Shown here one piece after another: positions 48,215 to 58,226 of a stretch of DNA of 64,000 nt. A program made the translations under genes and the position numbers. The DNA comes from an uncultured Acidobacteriaceae bacterium. Its GTDB lineage: Bacteria > Acidobacteriota > Terriglobia > Terriglobales > Acidobacteriaceae. The notes beneath the pieces are model-generated. The model saw only the letters and a list, made by a program, of their open reading frames with translations, was not told the DNA's origin and searched no databases. The stretch is from positions 14,801 to 78,800 of the forward strand of contig CAXUDN010000002.1 of NCBI GenBank assembly GCA_964249715.1, given 5' to 3'. How positions within the stretch are numbered: the first letter of the stretch is position 1; every line of letters begins with the position of its first letter.

Positions 48215-48976
48215 CTACCGGTCCAGCAGCGAGCTCACGATGCCGCCAATCACTGCCCCGGTGCCCACATCCCGCGGCCGCTCGCCCCCACCCGAAGGCA
48301 GATACGGCTGCAGGGCATGGGCCAGATTCGCAAGTGGCAGCGTCTGCAGCCACACCCGCCCCGGCCCGGTCAACGCGCCCAGAAAGATCCCATCCCCACC
48401 AAAAAACATGTTCCGGATACCCTGGATGCGCGTGATGTTGAACGCCACCTGGGACTGAAACGCTCCCACATGCCCCGGGTGCACACGCAGGGTCTCCCCC
48501 GGCGCCAGGTCGCGCACCACCACCTCGCCGCTCAACTCCAACCAGGCCGTGCCCACGCCGGTAATCTTCTGCAGCAGGAAGCCATCCCCGCCAAAGATGC
48601 CCGCGCCCAGCGACTGTTGGAACCCAACCCCCAACTGGATCTGCGGCGTCGCGCACAGAAACCCGTGCCGGTGAATCATGAACTCATGCCCGGGTCCCAC
48701 TTCGATGGGCAGGATGTGCCCTGGAACCTTGGTCGCAAAAGCCACCTCGCCCTGGTATCCCTGCGCCTGGTACTCGGTCATAAACAGCGTTCCGCCGCCC
48801 GCGATGCGCTTGATCGCGCCAAAGAAGCCGCCCCCGCCGCCGAACTGCGTGTGCGTCGTCATCGCAATCGCCTGCGACATCCAACTCAGCTCTCCCGCCT
48901 CGGAAATCACACTCTCGCCCGGATCCAGCAGCAATTCCAGCACAGGCATCGTCGTGCCCACAATTCGGCTTTGCAT
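48215..48976 (-). CDS. AIM24 / TIGR00266-family protein
   Basis: LDPGESVISEAG, GIFGGDGF, FFGGDG and GPGRVWLQT motifs. Confidence 0.9.
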   Translation of the reverse strand: MQSRIVGTTMPVLELLLDPGESVISEAGELSWMSQAIAMTTHTQFGGGGGFFGAIKRIAGGGTLFMTEYQAQGYQGEVAFATKVPGHILPIEVGPGHEFMIHRHGFLCATPQIQLGVGFQQSLGAGIFGGDGFLLQKITGVGTAWLELSGEVVVRDLAPGETLRVHPGHVGAFQSQVAFNITRIQGIRNMFFGGDGIFLGALTGPGRVWLQTLPLANLAHALQPYLPSGGGERPRDVGTGAVIGGIVSSLLDR

Positions 48977-49247
48977 CGCTCACGCTCTCGAGCCCAGCCA
49001 GCCAGGCTCCGCATAACAGCACGAGAATACGCCGGAACCGTTCCGCTGGTTCCACGAACCTCACCACTCACCCGGATCCGTAGGCTGCCCAATCCGGCCC
49101 ACGTTGTCGATGTGCTCCAAAAAGCGTTCCCCGTTCCCCGTTCCCCGCCAGATCATCCGGCCGAATCTCCAGCCCATCATCAAGCAAGAACAGCAAAGGA
49201 GCATTCCCGTCCTTGTAGTGAGGTCACCCTTCGTTTAGCGCGTCTTC

Positions 49248-50129
49248 CTAGCCGTGGAATGCGTTCAGAACCATCTGCCTCGCCGTCCTCAACGCCAGCA
49301 CCGGATCCCCCGTAGGGTAAAACTCCATCGCAATCCACCCCCTGTACCGCAGCGCCGCCAGCTTGTGATAGATCACGTCGTAGTCGATCTCCCCCGTCCC
49401 CGGCTCATGCCTCCCCGGCACATCCGCAACATGGATCAATCCCACCAGATCAATGTTTTTCTCGAGCTTCTCCAACAAATTCCCTCGCCCGCGCTGCTCA
49501 TGGTAAAGGTCGTACAACACCTTCACGTTGGGCCGATTTACCGCGCGCACCAGCGGAAAAGCCTCCGCTACACTCTGCAGAAAAATCGTCGGGTTTTCCA
49601 GCGGATCGATGGGCTCGATCACAATCTCAACCCCCTCCGCCGCCGCCAGCTCCGCAGCCTTGGTCAAATTCGCAACAGCCGTCTCCCGCTGCGCCGCAGG
49701 CCCCGCTGCACCCGCAACCGGCCCTGAAAGCAGAATCACCCGCCGGCACCCAAGCTGCTGCATCGCACGCAGTTGCTCTCGGAAATCAGCCAGAAACGCG
49801 TCATCCGCCCCCGGCACCGCAAATCCCGTCTTCACGCCACTCGCCGCGTCCACCACCAGCCCAAGCCTTCCCAGCAGCGCCGTGATCCTCGCCATCTCCT
49901 CCGGCGACCACCGCTGAAACTCCCCCACCAGCTCCACACCCTGATACCCAGCCTCCGCAACCATCTCCACCGCGCGATCAAACGGTGCGAGCTTTTGCAA
50001 AGTCCATAGCATGCAGGAAAGCCTAGGTGCCGGAACAGATTGCTGCCCTCGCGCCAACAGCGGCAAAGCCGCCGATCCCAACATCAGCTTAGAGAACCTG
50101 CGACGATTCAACCGCATCATTCGCGGCAT
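49248..50129 (-). CDS. Hydroxypyruvate-isomerase-like TIM-barrel protein with Tat signal
   Basis: NRRRF Tat motif; IEPI, YDLYHEQ, HVADVPGRHEPGTGEI and MEF motifs. Confidence 0.88.
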   Translation of the reverse strand: MPRMMRLNRRRFSKLMLGSAALPLLARGQQSVPAPRLSCMLWTLQKLAPFDRAVEMVAEAGYQGVELVGEFQRWSPEEMARITALLGRLGLVVDAASGVKTGFAVPGADDAFLADFREQLRAMQQLGCRRVILLSGPVAGAAGPAAQRETAVANLTKAAELAAAEGVEIVIEPIDPLENPTIFLQSVAEAFPLVRAVNRPNVKVLYDLYHEQRGRGNLLEKLEKNIDLVGLIHVADVPGRHEPGTGEIDYDVIYHKLAALRYRGWIAMEFYPTGDPVLALRTARQMVLNAFHG

Positions 50130-50130
50130 C

Positions 50131-52134
50131 CTACGCTTCCTTCTTGTTCCGCGCCTTCACCTTGAACCAGATCGGGCTGCCGATAAACCGGAACGACTTT
50201 CGAATCTCGTTCTCCAGAAAGCGCTCGTAACTGAAGTGCAGCTTCACATCCCGATCCGTAAACAGCACGAACGTAGGCGGCGCTACCGCGGCCTGCGTCA
50301 TGTAATAGATCCGCACCCGCTTCGACATCGGCACCGAAGCCCGCCCAAAATCGACCCTCTCCAGAAAGCGATTCATGTTGCCCGTCGTGATGCGCTTGCG
50401 CCGCTCCCGCGCAACCAGTTGCACCTTCTTGAAGACCTCTTCCAGCCCCTTGCCTTCCGAAGCCGACACAAACAACAGTGGCGCGTAGTCCAGATATTTC
50501 AGCGCATCCCGCACCTGCTCCTCGAAGACCTTCTTGTCCGCAGGCTGCTTTCCATCAAACGGCCGGGTGCCGTCAGCATTCAATTTGCTCTTCGGCGGCG
50601 CGACCAGATCCCATTTGTTCACCACAATAATTACCGACCGCCCGCTCTCATGCGCGTAGCCGCCAATCGTGGCATCGGACCCCGTTACGCCTTCCGTCGC
50701 ATCGATCATCAACAACGCCACATCCGCCGCCTCCAGATGCTTGCGGCTCATAATCACGGACAGCTTCTCGGCCATCAGCGTCGTCTTTCCTTTGCGCCGA
50801 ATGCCCGCCGTGTCGATGAATCGAAAGTCATGCCCCTCCCGCGTGACAATCTCGTCCACCGCGTCGCGCGTCGTGCCCGCAATCGGGCTCACAATCGCCC
50901 GGTCGGTTCCGGTCAGCGCATTCAACAGCGTGGACTTGCCCACATTCGGCCGCCCGATGATTGCGATCTTGGTCTCCCGCTGAATGTGCTCGCCATGCGT
51001 TCGAAGCCGGCGCTCCGGCTCTTCTTGCGCCGACCCGAAATCCGGCTCTACGCCGCTTCCTCCCGTTGGCGCTTCGAAATCCGGCTCCCCTACCGGCGGC
51101 GCATCCACCCCCGCCGGTTCGTCGGCCGTAGCCGCCTCACCCTCCAGCAGATCCTCATACATCGCCCGGGGATCAAGGGCAGCCCGGTCCGCCAGCAGGT
51201 CCCCCTCATCCTCCGCAGCTTCGTCCGTCTGCGTCGGCATCACCTCTTCCGGCTCTTCTCCGTCTGGCGCCGCATGATCTTCCAGCCCGCCCGCCGCCGG
51301 TAAAACCTCCCACACCGCATCCAGCAGATCCCCAATCCCGGATCCATGCTCCGCCGATACCGGGTATACGTTCTTGAACCCAAGCGTACGGAAATTCTCC
51401 GCTCCGCTCTCCAACTGCGCCGTATCCATCTTGTTCACCGCCAGAAAGAGCGGCTTCCCACCACGCAGCAATAATTGGGCCAACTCTTCATCGGAAGCCC
51501 CCAGGTCCGTCCGCCCGTCGACCACCATCACAATGGCGTCGGCCTCCTCGAGCGCCACCCTGGCCTGCCGAAAAATCTCGCTCGGAATCAACGCTTCCTC
51601 ATGGGGTATCACGCCCCCGGTGTCCACCAGCCGCACCTCCCGGCCGCCCCACTCCACCTCGCCATAGATCCGGTCGCGCGTGATGCCCGGCTCATCTCCC
51701 ACGATCGACCGCCGGGTTCCCGTGAGCCTGTTAAACAGGGTCGACTTGCCTACATTCGGCCGCCCGCAGATCGCAACCAGCGGCTCGTGCAACTTCGGCG
51801 CCGCTTCCCCCAGTTGATGGCTGCTCACGCCAGTGTGGGTAGCCCGCACCGCCCGCGCATCGGCCCGTTTGCTGCGAACCGGCGCATCTTCCAGATCGCC
51901 AACAATAATCCTGTGCTCATTCTCCGGACTACGCGTCGGCGTAAGCCGCGCCCTGGCCGCCGCCGCCTTCTTCGCCGCCGCTTCCTTGCGCTGCTTGGGC
52001 GAGATCGCCCCCGTACTCGCGGAAGCCTTGCGTGCCCCCGTCGCAGGCCCCTTGCCCAGCCGCGGGCGGGTGCTCGCCTGCCGGTGCTTCTTGCCCATCC
52101 GTTTCTTCTGCTCGCGCCGTGGAGCCATGATCAC
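50131..52134 (-). CDS. der: Ribosome biogenesis GTPase Der (EngA)
   Basis: Two GRPNVGKS G-domains (DTGG/NKMD and DTAG/NKWD) plus a KH-like C-domain. Confidence 0.97.
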   Translation of the reverse strand: MIMAPRREQKKRMGKKHRQASTRPRLGKGPATGARKASASTGAISPKQRKEAAAKKAAAARARLTPTRSPENEHRIIVGDLEDAPVRSKRADARAVRATHTGVSSHQLGEAAPKLHEPLVAICGRPNVGKSTLFNRLTGTRRSIVGDEPGITRDRIYGEVEWGGREVRLVDTGGVIPHEEALIPSEIFRQARVALEEADAIVMVVDGRTDLGASDEELAQLLLRGGKPLFLAVNKMDTAQLESGAENFRTLGFKNVYPVSAEHGSGIGDLLDAVWEVLPAAGGLEDHAAPDGEEPEEVMPTQTDEAAEDEGDLLADRAALDPRAMYEDLLEGEAATADEPAGVDAPPVGEPDFEAPTGGSGVEPDFGSAQEEPERRLRTHGEHIQRETKIAIIGRPNVGKSTLLNALTGTDRAIVSPIAGTTRDAVDEIVTREGHDFRFIDTAGIRRKGKTTLMAEKLSVIMSRKHLEAADVALLMIDATEGVTGSDATIGGYAHESGRSVIIVVNKWDLVAPPKSKLNADGTRPFDGKQPADKKVFEEQVRDALKYLDYAPLLFVSASEGKGLEEVFKKVQLVARERRKRITTGNMNRFLERVDFGRASVPMSKRVRIYYMTQAAVAPPTFVLFTDRDVKLHFSYERFLENEIRKSFRFIGSPIWFKVKARNKKEA

Positions 52135-52278
52135 ATCCTCGTCTCAACATCGTCGCATGCGCAATGGCAGGACGACCCGCAACGATGTGGTCAGTCCAGG
52201 CGATCCAACCTGCCGGAAGAGGACGGCTGGGCCACTCCAGACCTACGCGATCAACCTGACTACAAACCGTGACGACAG

Positions 52279-52902
52279 CTAAGACTTGCGGCGGCGGCTC
52301 CGGGCAAATCCCGCAAGTCCCAGAAAACCCGTTCCCATCAGCAGAATCGAGTCAGGCTCCGGAGAGACCGCGGAGGCTTCCACGACCGGGTCGGGCGTCG
52401 CGGCATTCAGGTCGATGGACGGCGCAGGGCCAAGCAGCCCCCCAGTTCCCAAAAACGCCACGTTCGACGTAGAGCCGTCAGGCGAGTTCCCATTGAAGCT
52501 CACGTCGAATATCCCCTCCGACGCCGCTTCTCCGTTGAAGGTGTAGTACCCCGTCTCGTTCAACGTGACATCCAGATTGCCTGAGGTGTCATAAAAAAGG
52601 ACGGGCGCATTCACCTGATCCCAGAACGCGAGCACGTTGTTACCTGACGTGATCGTGAAGGCCTCTACCGTCTGCGGCAGTCCATAGATGTAAGGAACCG
52701 TCCCCAGCATGTAATTGACCGTTCCCCCGGCAAAGGCGCTGAAAATGCCGCTGTCCGCCTGCGTGGCAAACGGCGGCGCAAACGTCAGGCTCGAAGGCGT
52801 AAAGCTCACATTGCCAGTTACGGAAACTGAATCAGCAAGAGCGAACGGCGAGCAAACAGCAAAACAGGTACTGCAAACCACAAGGGGAACAAAGCCGCGC
52901 AT
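52279..52902 (-). CDS. PEP-CTERM sorting-domain protein
   Basis: AGGAG SD, signal peptide, C-terminal SPEPDSILLMGTGFLGLAGFARSRRRKS. Confidence 0.9.
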   Translation of the reverse strand: MRGFVPLVVCSTCFAVCSPFALADSVSVTGNVSFTPSSLTFAPPFATQADSGIFSAFAGGTVNYMLGTVPYIYGLPQTVEAFTITSGNNVLAFWDQVNAPVLFYDTSGNLDVTLNETGYYTFNGEAASEGIFDVSFNGNSPDGSTSNVAFLGTGGLLGPAPSIDLNAATPDPVVEASAVSPEPDSILLMGTGFLGLAGFARSRRRKS

Positions 52903-53210
52903 AAAACTCCTAAAGTGTGGGTCGATGTTGCTTGTAAGGAAGATGCCTCGATCTTCCGGAGATGTTGCTGGTGTTTCACCCTCAAGTGCCCTATTCCCCT
53001 GAAATTCACAAGGCCTCCTAAGTGGTAGGCGTAAACACAAAAGTCGCAGAAAAGTTCCTCTCAGCTACATGTTTCTTTGCCACGCTATCCCGGTTTATAC
53101 TTGCCTCGCGCCTATGACTGTCTTCGGACGCTAGCTTCGGCTGATGCGAGCAGCACTCCCCGTGCATGCTGCGCTCCTCTGCGCCCCGAACCTGCTCCGG
53201 AGACAATCCC

Positions 53211-53732
53211 ATGATCCTCGACGACATCCTGACGCCGCGCCTCCGCCTCGTCGCCTTCTCCACACCGTTGCTTCAAGCGGACTTCGGAGGCGACCTGCCT
53301 CGTTTCGCGTCCCTGCTCGGCGCCCAAATTCCTGCCTGCTGGCCTCCCGAAAACTGGGAACCCCACTGCTTCGACTGGATCCAGAATATGGCCGCCCATC
53401 ATCCACACATCCATCGGTGGAACCGCTACATCCTGCTTCGCGAGCCCCACCCCATCCTTCTTGGCACCGTGGGCGCCTTTCCCCGCACGGATACGGAAGC
53501 GGAGATCGGCTACGGCATTCTTCCTCCCTGGCGACGGCAGCGTTACGCGACCGAAGCCGCGCGGGCACTGATCGGCGCACTCTTCAGCTCGGCCGGTACC
53601 CAGACCATCACCGCGCAAACCTTTCCGCACCTCATAGGCTCCGTACGCGTCATGGAGCGCTGTGGCATGCAACCCGCCGGACCCGGCGACGAACCCGGCA
53701 CGGTTCGCTACCGGCTCCAGAGGACGCCTTAA
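53211..53732 (+). CDS. GNAT (RimJ/RimL-like) N-acetyltransferase
   Basis: TPRLRL, AEIGYG, RRQRYATEA and SVRVMERCGM motifs. Confidence 0.88.
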   Translation: MILDDILTPRLRLVAFSTPLLQADFGGDLPRFASLLGAQIPACWPPENWEPHCFDWIQNMAAHHPHIHRWNRYILLREPHPILLGTVGAFPRTDTEAEIGYGILPPWRRQRYATEAARALIGALFSSAGTQTITAQTFPHLIGSVRVMERCGMQPAGPGDEPGTVRYRLQRTP

Positions 53733-53899
53733 CCTTCGGCTCGGGCGCCGACGCGCGAACGATTCTCTGTAGCAGCACCCTCCCGCTTCTCGCGGACCTT
53801 GCGCGAAAGTCTGGTGCAGCCGATCCGTGTGCACTCCAACGCCACGGTAAGCACGATGAGAAAGGGCAAAATCAGAATGGCAATCAGGGTATCGGACAC
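53729..53899 (-). CDS. Putative 56-aa single-TM small protein
   Basis: GGAGG-N6-GTG start; MSDTLIAILILPFLIVLTVALE followed by a basic tail. Confidence 0.5.
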   Translation of the reverse strand: MSDTLIAILILPFLIVLTVALECTRIGCTRLSRKVREKREGAATENRSRVGARAEG

Positions 53900-54118
53900 G
53901 GCAAACCTCCAAGTTCTAAGTGAAGTGCCATGCGTTCCAAATGTTGGTCTTCGGCTCAACACAGGGCACACTTCACCTGAGAATGCGTAGAGCTGGGAGG
54001 AAAAGGGCCAAGTTCTTCTTTCGTCCCAGGGGCCAGCCTGGGCAGGCGCACGAGCTTCGGCAGATTGCCGCAGGGTGATCGGAGCTAATTCAGGAAAGGT
54101 GGGACCGAAGAATTTCCC

Positions 54119-55444
54119 CTACTCGTACTTCAGCGTCGTGACCGGGTCCAGCTTCGCCGCCCGGTTCGCCGGCAGCGTCCCAAAGATCACGCCAACGACG
54201 ATAGCCGTCACCAGCGAGATGATCGCACTCCAAGGAGAGATCGGGATTTTCAAATCCGTGAAAACACTCACAGCAAAGGGCAAGGCAAGGCCCAGCAGTG
54301 TCCCCACCAGCCCGCCGGCCAGCGACAAAAGTACACTCTCGGTTAGGAACTGAATCCGGATCTCGCGACTCGTCGCCCCCAGCGCCTTGCGTATCCCGAT
54401 TTCCTTGATCCGCGACTGCACATTCGCCAGCATGGAATTCATGATGCCCACGCCCGAAACCACCAGCGTAATCGCGGAAGCCAGCGTCAACACAATCATC
54501 AGCATCGTCGAGATCTGACCCATCACCTGCAACACCGTGGTGAGCGTGAACGCCGTAAACGTGTTCCCCGCCCGGTGCCGCGAAACGATGATCTGCTCGA
54601 TCTTCCGCGCCACCGGCTCCACATCCGACGAGTTCGCCACGGTAAAGAAGATCTGCTTCAGGTTGTCCGTTCCCTGAAAGTACCGTGCCACCGGGTACGG
54701 GATCAGCATCGTCTGATTGCTCACCTCGCTCATGCCGAAGGTGGTCACGCCCTCTTTAAAAACGCCGATCACCGTAAAAGGAATCCCGCTCACGCTGATC
54801 GTCTGATCGATCGCTGCGCCCGAACTGCCATACAGCTCCTGAGCCAGCGGCTCCACCATCACCGCGACCTTGGCGTGCGTTAAATCGTCCTGATCGTCAA
54901 AGAAGCGCCCCGCGACAACCTTCAGATTACGCACCTTCTTGTACTGCGGGCTCACGCCCAGCATCATGGCCTCTTTTACCTTGCCATTTTCTACAGGGAT
55001 CCGGTCGTGCCACTCCAGCATGGGAGAGCTCGCCGTAATCCACGGCCCAATCTGATCCAGAACAGCCGTCATATCATCGCGCGTCATGTAATCCGGCACG
55101 CTCACGTTATCCGGCCCGTTTACAAGGCCGCCGCCGCCCTGCATCTCGATCATGTTCGGCCCGATGGACGCAATCAGATTCAACGCATACTGCCGTCCCG
55201 TCAACCCCAGCGTCGCTACCAGAATCACCGACGCCGACCCGATCACCATACCCAGCATGGTCAGCAGAAAACGCGCCTTGCTGGCGCAAAAGGTGTCGAT
55301 AGCCTGGGCGACAATCTCCCGAAAAGCAACCGTAGAGCCCGCACTCCGCAGCGTTCTCTCGAAGGTGTCCCGGCTTAAGGACGGCCGAGGCGCATGGCGG
55401 CGCGCAGCTTCTGCCGGTACGGGTTCCTGTACGCTGGTCGCCAT
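54119..55444 (-). CDS. ABC transporter permease, MacB/FtsX family
   Basis: LTMLGMVIG, GRFF, GVGIMN, RIKEIGIRKALGA and PANRAAKLDP motifs. Confidence 0.93.
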   Translation of the reverse strand: MATSVQEPVPAEAARRHAPRPSLSRDTFERTLRSAGSTVAFREIVAQAIDTFCASKARFLLTMLGMVIGSASVILVATLGLTGRQYALNLIASIGPNMIEMQGGGGLVNGPDNVSVPDYMTRDDMTAVLDQIGPWITASSPMLEWHDRIPVENGKVKEAMMLGVSPQYKKVRNLKVVAGRFFDDQDDLTHAKVAVMVEPLAQELYGSSGAAIDQTISVSGIPFTVIGVFKEGVTTFGMSEVSNQTMLIPYPVARYFQGTDNLKQIFFTVANSSDVEPVARKIEQIIVSRHRAGNTFTAFTLTTVLQVMGQISTMLMIVLTLASAITLVVSGVGIMNSMLANVQSRIKEIGIRKALGATSREIRIQFLTESVLLSLAGGLVGTLLGLALPFAVSVFTDLKIPISPWSAIISLVTAIVVGVIFGTLPANRAAKLDPVTTLKYE

Positions 55445-55594
55445 CCCTCGCCTAGTCCTCGGGGCCTGGTTGCACCCCCGCCTTCCTGCCCAGTATCGCA
55501 GCCCCGGGTGTCCGCAGGCTGACACGCCGGAGTCTATAGCTTAGTCTTCAGATACGTCCGGGCATCCGCAGGATGCAACATTAGAACGAGCGAC

Positions 55595-58063
55595 TCACGC
55601 TTTCGGTTTCACCGCCGCAATCTCCTGCTTCGGCGGCTCGGAATGGATGCTGATCTCCTGATTGCGTCCCAGCCACCGGTTGTCTCCCGGCCAGTACATC
55701 GTAAACACGATGCTTCCCGTCTGCTCCGCCCCTGCCGTGATGTCCGCGAAGGAGCCCGGATGCCCCAGCTCCTCTGAGTCGGTCCGGTTCGTCGTCGCCC
55801 AGTTATCGGCAGTCCAGACCAGTTGAAAGCGCTCCTCGTCCGCCACCCGCAGTGTCCCTCCCTGCACCATTGTGCTGATCGGACGGTTTACGCGAAAGAT
55901 CTCCATCCGGCTCCGGAAGCTGCGTTGCTCCACGGGCACCGCATAGCGTTTTTCCACCACCGAAATCCGGTCAAACACCTTGCCGTCCGCCACCGACCGC
56001 AACAGCTTCAGGTACTCCGCATGCGCCCACACCAGCGGTTGCGCCGAGCCCGCCGACCGTCCGCAGTACATCCCCTCACTAGGCAGATCGTCACGATCCC
56101 ACACCTGCTCCGGCAGCATCCCGCCGATGGACGAAAACCGCTCCATCGCCCGCAGCAACGGCTTCACATCACGCCCGGCCTCGAGCTCATAATGCGCCCT
56201 CTCGCCGGTGAGAATCGGCCATGCGCGCCCCTGGCCATACCCGGTAAACGGCCCGCCGTCCTTCCGCTGGCCATAGCCATCATGGTTGTACCGCCGCCAG
56301 CACGGCCCATACGGCGTCTCGATCTTCAGGATCTTATCCACCACTTTCAACGAGTCAACGATCAGCGGATCGTCTGCCCGGCGTATCCCGTACCGCACCA
56401 GTTCCAAAAACCCCGCATCGATGACCGCTCGCGCCTCAAACGTGAATTGTTCCCCCGGCTCGCGGTTGGCGATCATCACATTTCCCGGTGGAATCGTCGG
56501 GTTGTGAAACGGCTCGCCCTCCGCCGGCGGCCGGATGCGCATGTAGTGGTACGAGACGTCCGGATCCAGTACCCCACGGTTCGTGGTCGTCCACTCGTCC
56601 AGGTGCGCCTCGATCCAGTCGGCATACTCCTCCAGAAAGCTGCCCAGTTCCCCGGAACCGAAGCTTCGGCTAATATCCGCCGCGCACAGCAGTCCGGAGA
56701 TCACCGCCGCCAGCGTCGAGGGCGAATACCCGGCGTCCTCTTCCCAGCGCTCCTGCTGCGTCACCGGTGCATACCGCACCAGAAAGCCGGCAGCCCGGGT
56801 CACGAAGGGGAAGATATCGAACTCGCCCAGCGCGTCCGCCTTCCAAAGCCGCCACGCCAGCATCATCGGAAAGGCGACCTCGTCCAGCTGGATCCCGGAC
56901 CAGTACGGGATCCCGTCAATCCAAAAATTCTGCGAAAACCCGCCATCGGGATGCTGCGTGCACGCCAGGTACACCAGCGCCCGCAGGGCTGTATCGTTGC
57001 GCCCGCAGGCCATCATCGCCGTCGCGGACTGGATCATGTCCCGCGTCCACACCAGGTGGTAGCCGCCCAGATCGTCATCGCCCTTCGCATTGCCCCACGG
57101 AATCGATGCCGATGCGATGAAAGCGCCGGAGTACGTCTTGTCCTCGTGCGTCAGGATCATGCTCTGCGACACACGCGCCAGTTTTCCCCCATCCGTCGAG
57201 GCATCCGCCAACAGCTTCGGACTCGTAGCGCGTTTCCACTGATCGATAAATCGCGCCCGGTGCACGTCGAACGGCGTCGACAGCGTCTGCATCATGCCGG
57301 AGAGCGCCGCATGCGGGGCGTTCCCGAACGCGATCGCGATGGTGAACTCACGATATTTTGCGATATCGATCTCGCCGGTGATGGCGACGTTGCCGTCCAT
57401 CGCCTCCCCGTACTCCCATTGCATGCTCAGGTTCCGCGTCAGATCCTGGTATCCATCGCTGACACCCACAAATCCACAGGAGGTCCTCGAAAACCCGCAA
57501 CTTGCGCCAAAAGCCAGCCGCGCATCATTCTTCCAGGCAAGAACAGCTCGTTTTCCGGCTATGTTCAACGCGCGCGCTGAGTTGCCGGCACCGCCCCCGT
57601 CCAGGTGCGGCGCGAGCAAGGCATAACACTTCAGCCGGGACAAAATCTCCTCGTCGCCGTCCAGGCGTACATGCATCAGCACCACCGGATGGTGCGGATC
57701 GGTGATGAAATCCTTGGTCACCGTGTAGCGGCCATCCAGGTCGCTCGCCACCACGCGAACTGCCAGGGCTTCGTCATCTATGTAGTGAAAGTCGTACTCA
57801 AAATCCCGCTTCTCCTCGTGGACAAAGCTCTCTCCGTCCGAGAAAAGCAGCTCCATGTCGCGCATCTGCGGGCGATCGATGGTGGGGTAATACACCTCGT
57901 TCAGAGTCCCATGCGACAGCGTGAACCACACCCGGCTGGACGCCGCATACGCCGTGCAGACCGCGTCTTTTTTGCTGGAGGTCCAGCGCGGCGGCAGCCC
58001 CGGGCCACCCGGTGCGGCCCCGCCGTCTTCCACCCAGTCGTACACCACTTCTCCGGTTTGCAT
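55595..58063 (-). CDS. GH15 glucoamylase / glucodextranase-like glucosidase
   Basis: APGGPG N-domain, ASASIPWG, GGYHLVWTRD, QLDE, QERWEE, LPEQVW and PLVWAHAEY motifs. Confidence 0.93.
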   Translation of the reverse strand: MQTGEVVYDWVEDGGAAPGGPGLPPRWTSSKKDAVCTAYAASSRVWFTLSHGTLNEVYYPTIDRPQMRDMELLFSDGESFVHEEKRDFEYDFHYIDDEALAVRVVASDLDGRYTVTKDFITDPHHPVVLMHVRLDGDEEILSRLKCYALLAPHLDGGGAGNSARALNIAGKRAVLAWKNDARLAFGASCGFSRTSCGFVGVSDGYQDLTRNLSMQWEYGEAMDGNVAITGEIDIAKYREFTIAIAFGNAPHAALSGMMQTLSTPFDVHRARFIDQWKRATSPKLLADASTDGGKLARVSQSMILTHEDKTYSGAFIASASIPWGNAKGDDDLGGYHLVWTRDMIQSATAMMACGRNDTALRALVYLACTQHPDGGFSQNFWIDGIPYWSGIQLDEVAFPMMLAWRLWKADALGEFDIFPFVTRAAGFLVRYAPVTQQERWEEDAGYSPSTLAAVISGLLCAADISRSFGSGELGSFLEEYADWIEAHLDEWTTTNRGVLDPDVSYHYMRIRPPAEGEPFHNPTIPPGNVMIANREPGEQFTFEARAVIDAGFLELVRYGIRRADDPLIVDSLKVVDKILKIETPYGPCWRRYNHDGYGQRKDGGPFTGYGQGRAWPILTGERAHYELEAGRDVKPLLRAMERFSSIGGMLPEQVWDRDDLPSEGMYCGRSAGSAQPLVWAHAEYLKLLRSVADGKVFDRISVVEKRYAVPVEQRSFRSRMEIFRVNRPISTMVQGGTLRVADEERFQLVWTADNWATTNRTDSEELGHPGSFADITAGAEQTGSIVFTMYWPGDNRWLGRNQEISIHSEPPKQEIAAVKPKA

Positions 58064-58081
58064 ACCTTCCTAGGATGCCTC

Positions 58082-58103
58082 GCGTTCCTGAATTCAGGAA
58101 CGC
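58082..58103. promoter_or_regulatory. Perfect 22-bp palindrome in the divergent glucoamylase/sodA promoter region
   Basis: GCGTTCCTGAATTCAGGAACGC equals its own reverse complement. Confidence 0.5.
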
Positions 58104-58226
58104 CAGTGTCAAGAAATCGCTCTACCCCGCTCTTACGCATCCAACAGCCGTGCTCGGAAGCTCGCGCCGGCAATTCGCCGGTGACGAGTCCCCTGCCTTG
58201 CCCGACCGATTCTAAGGAGAAGATGC

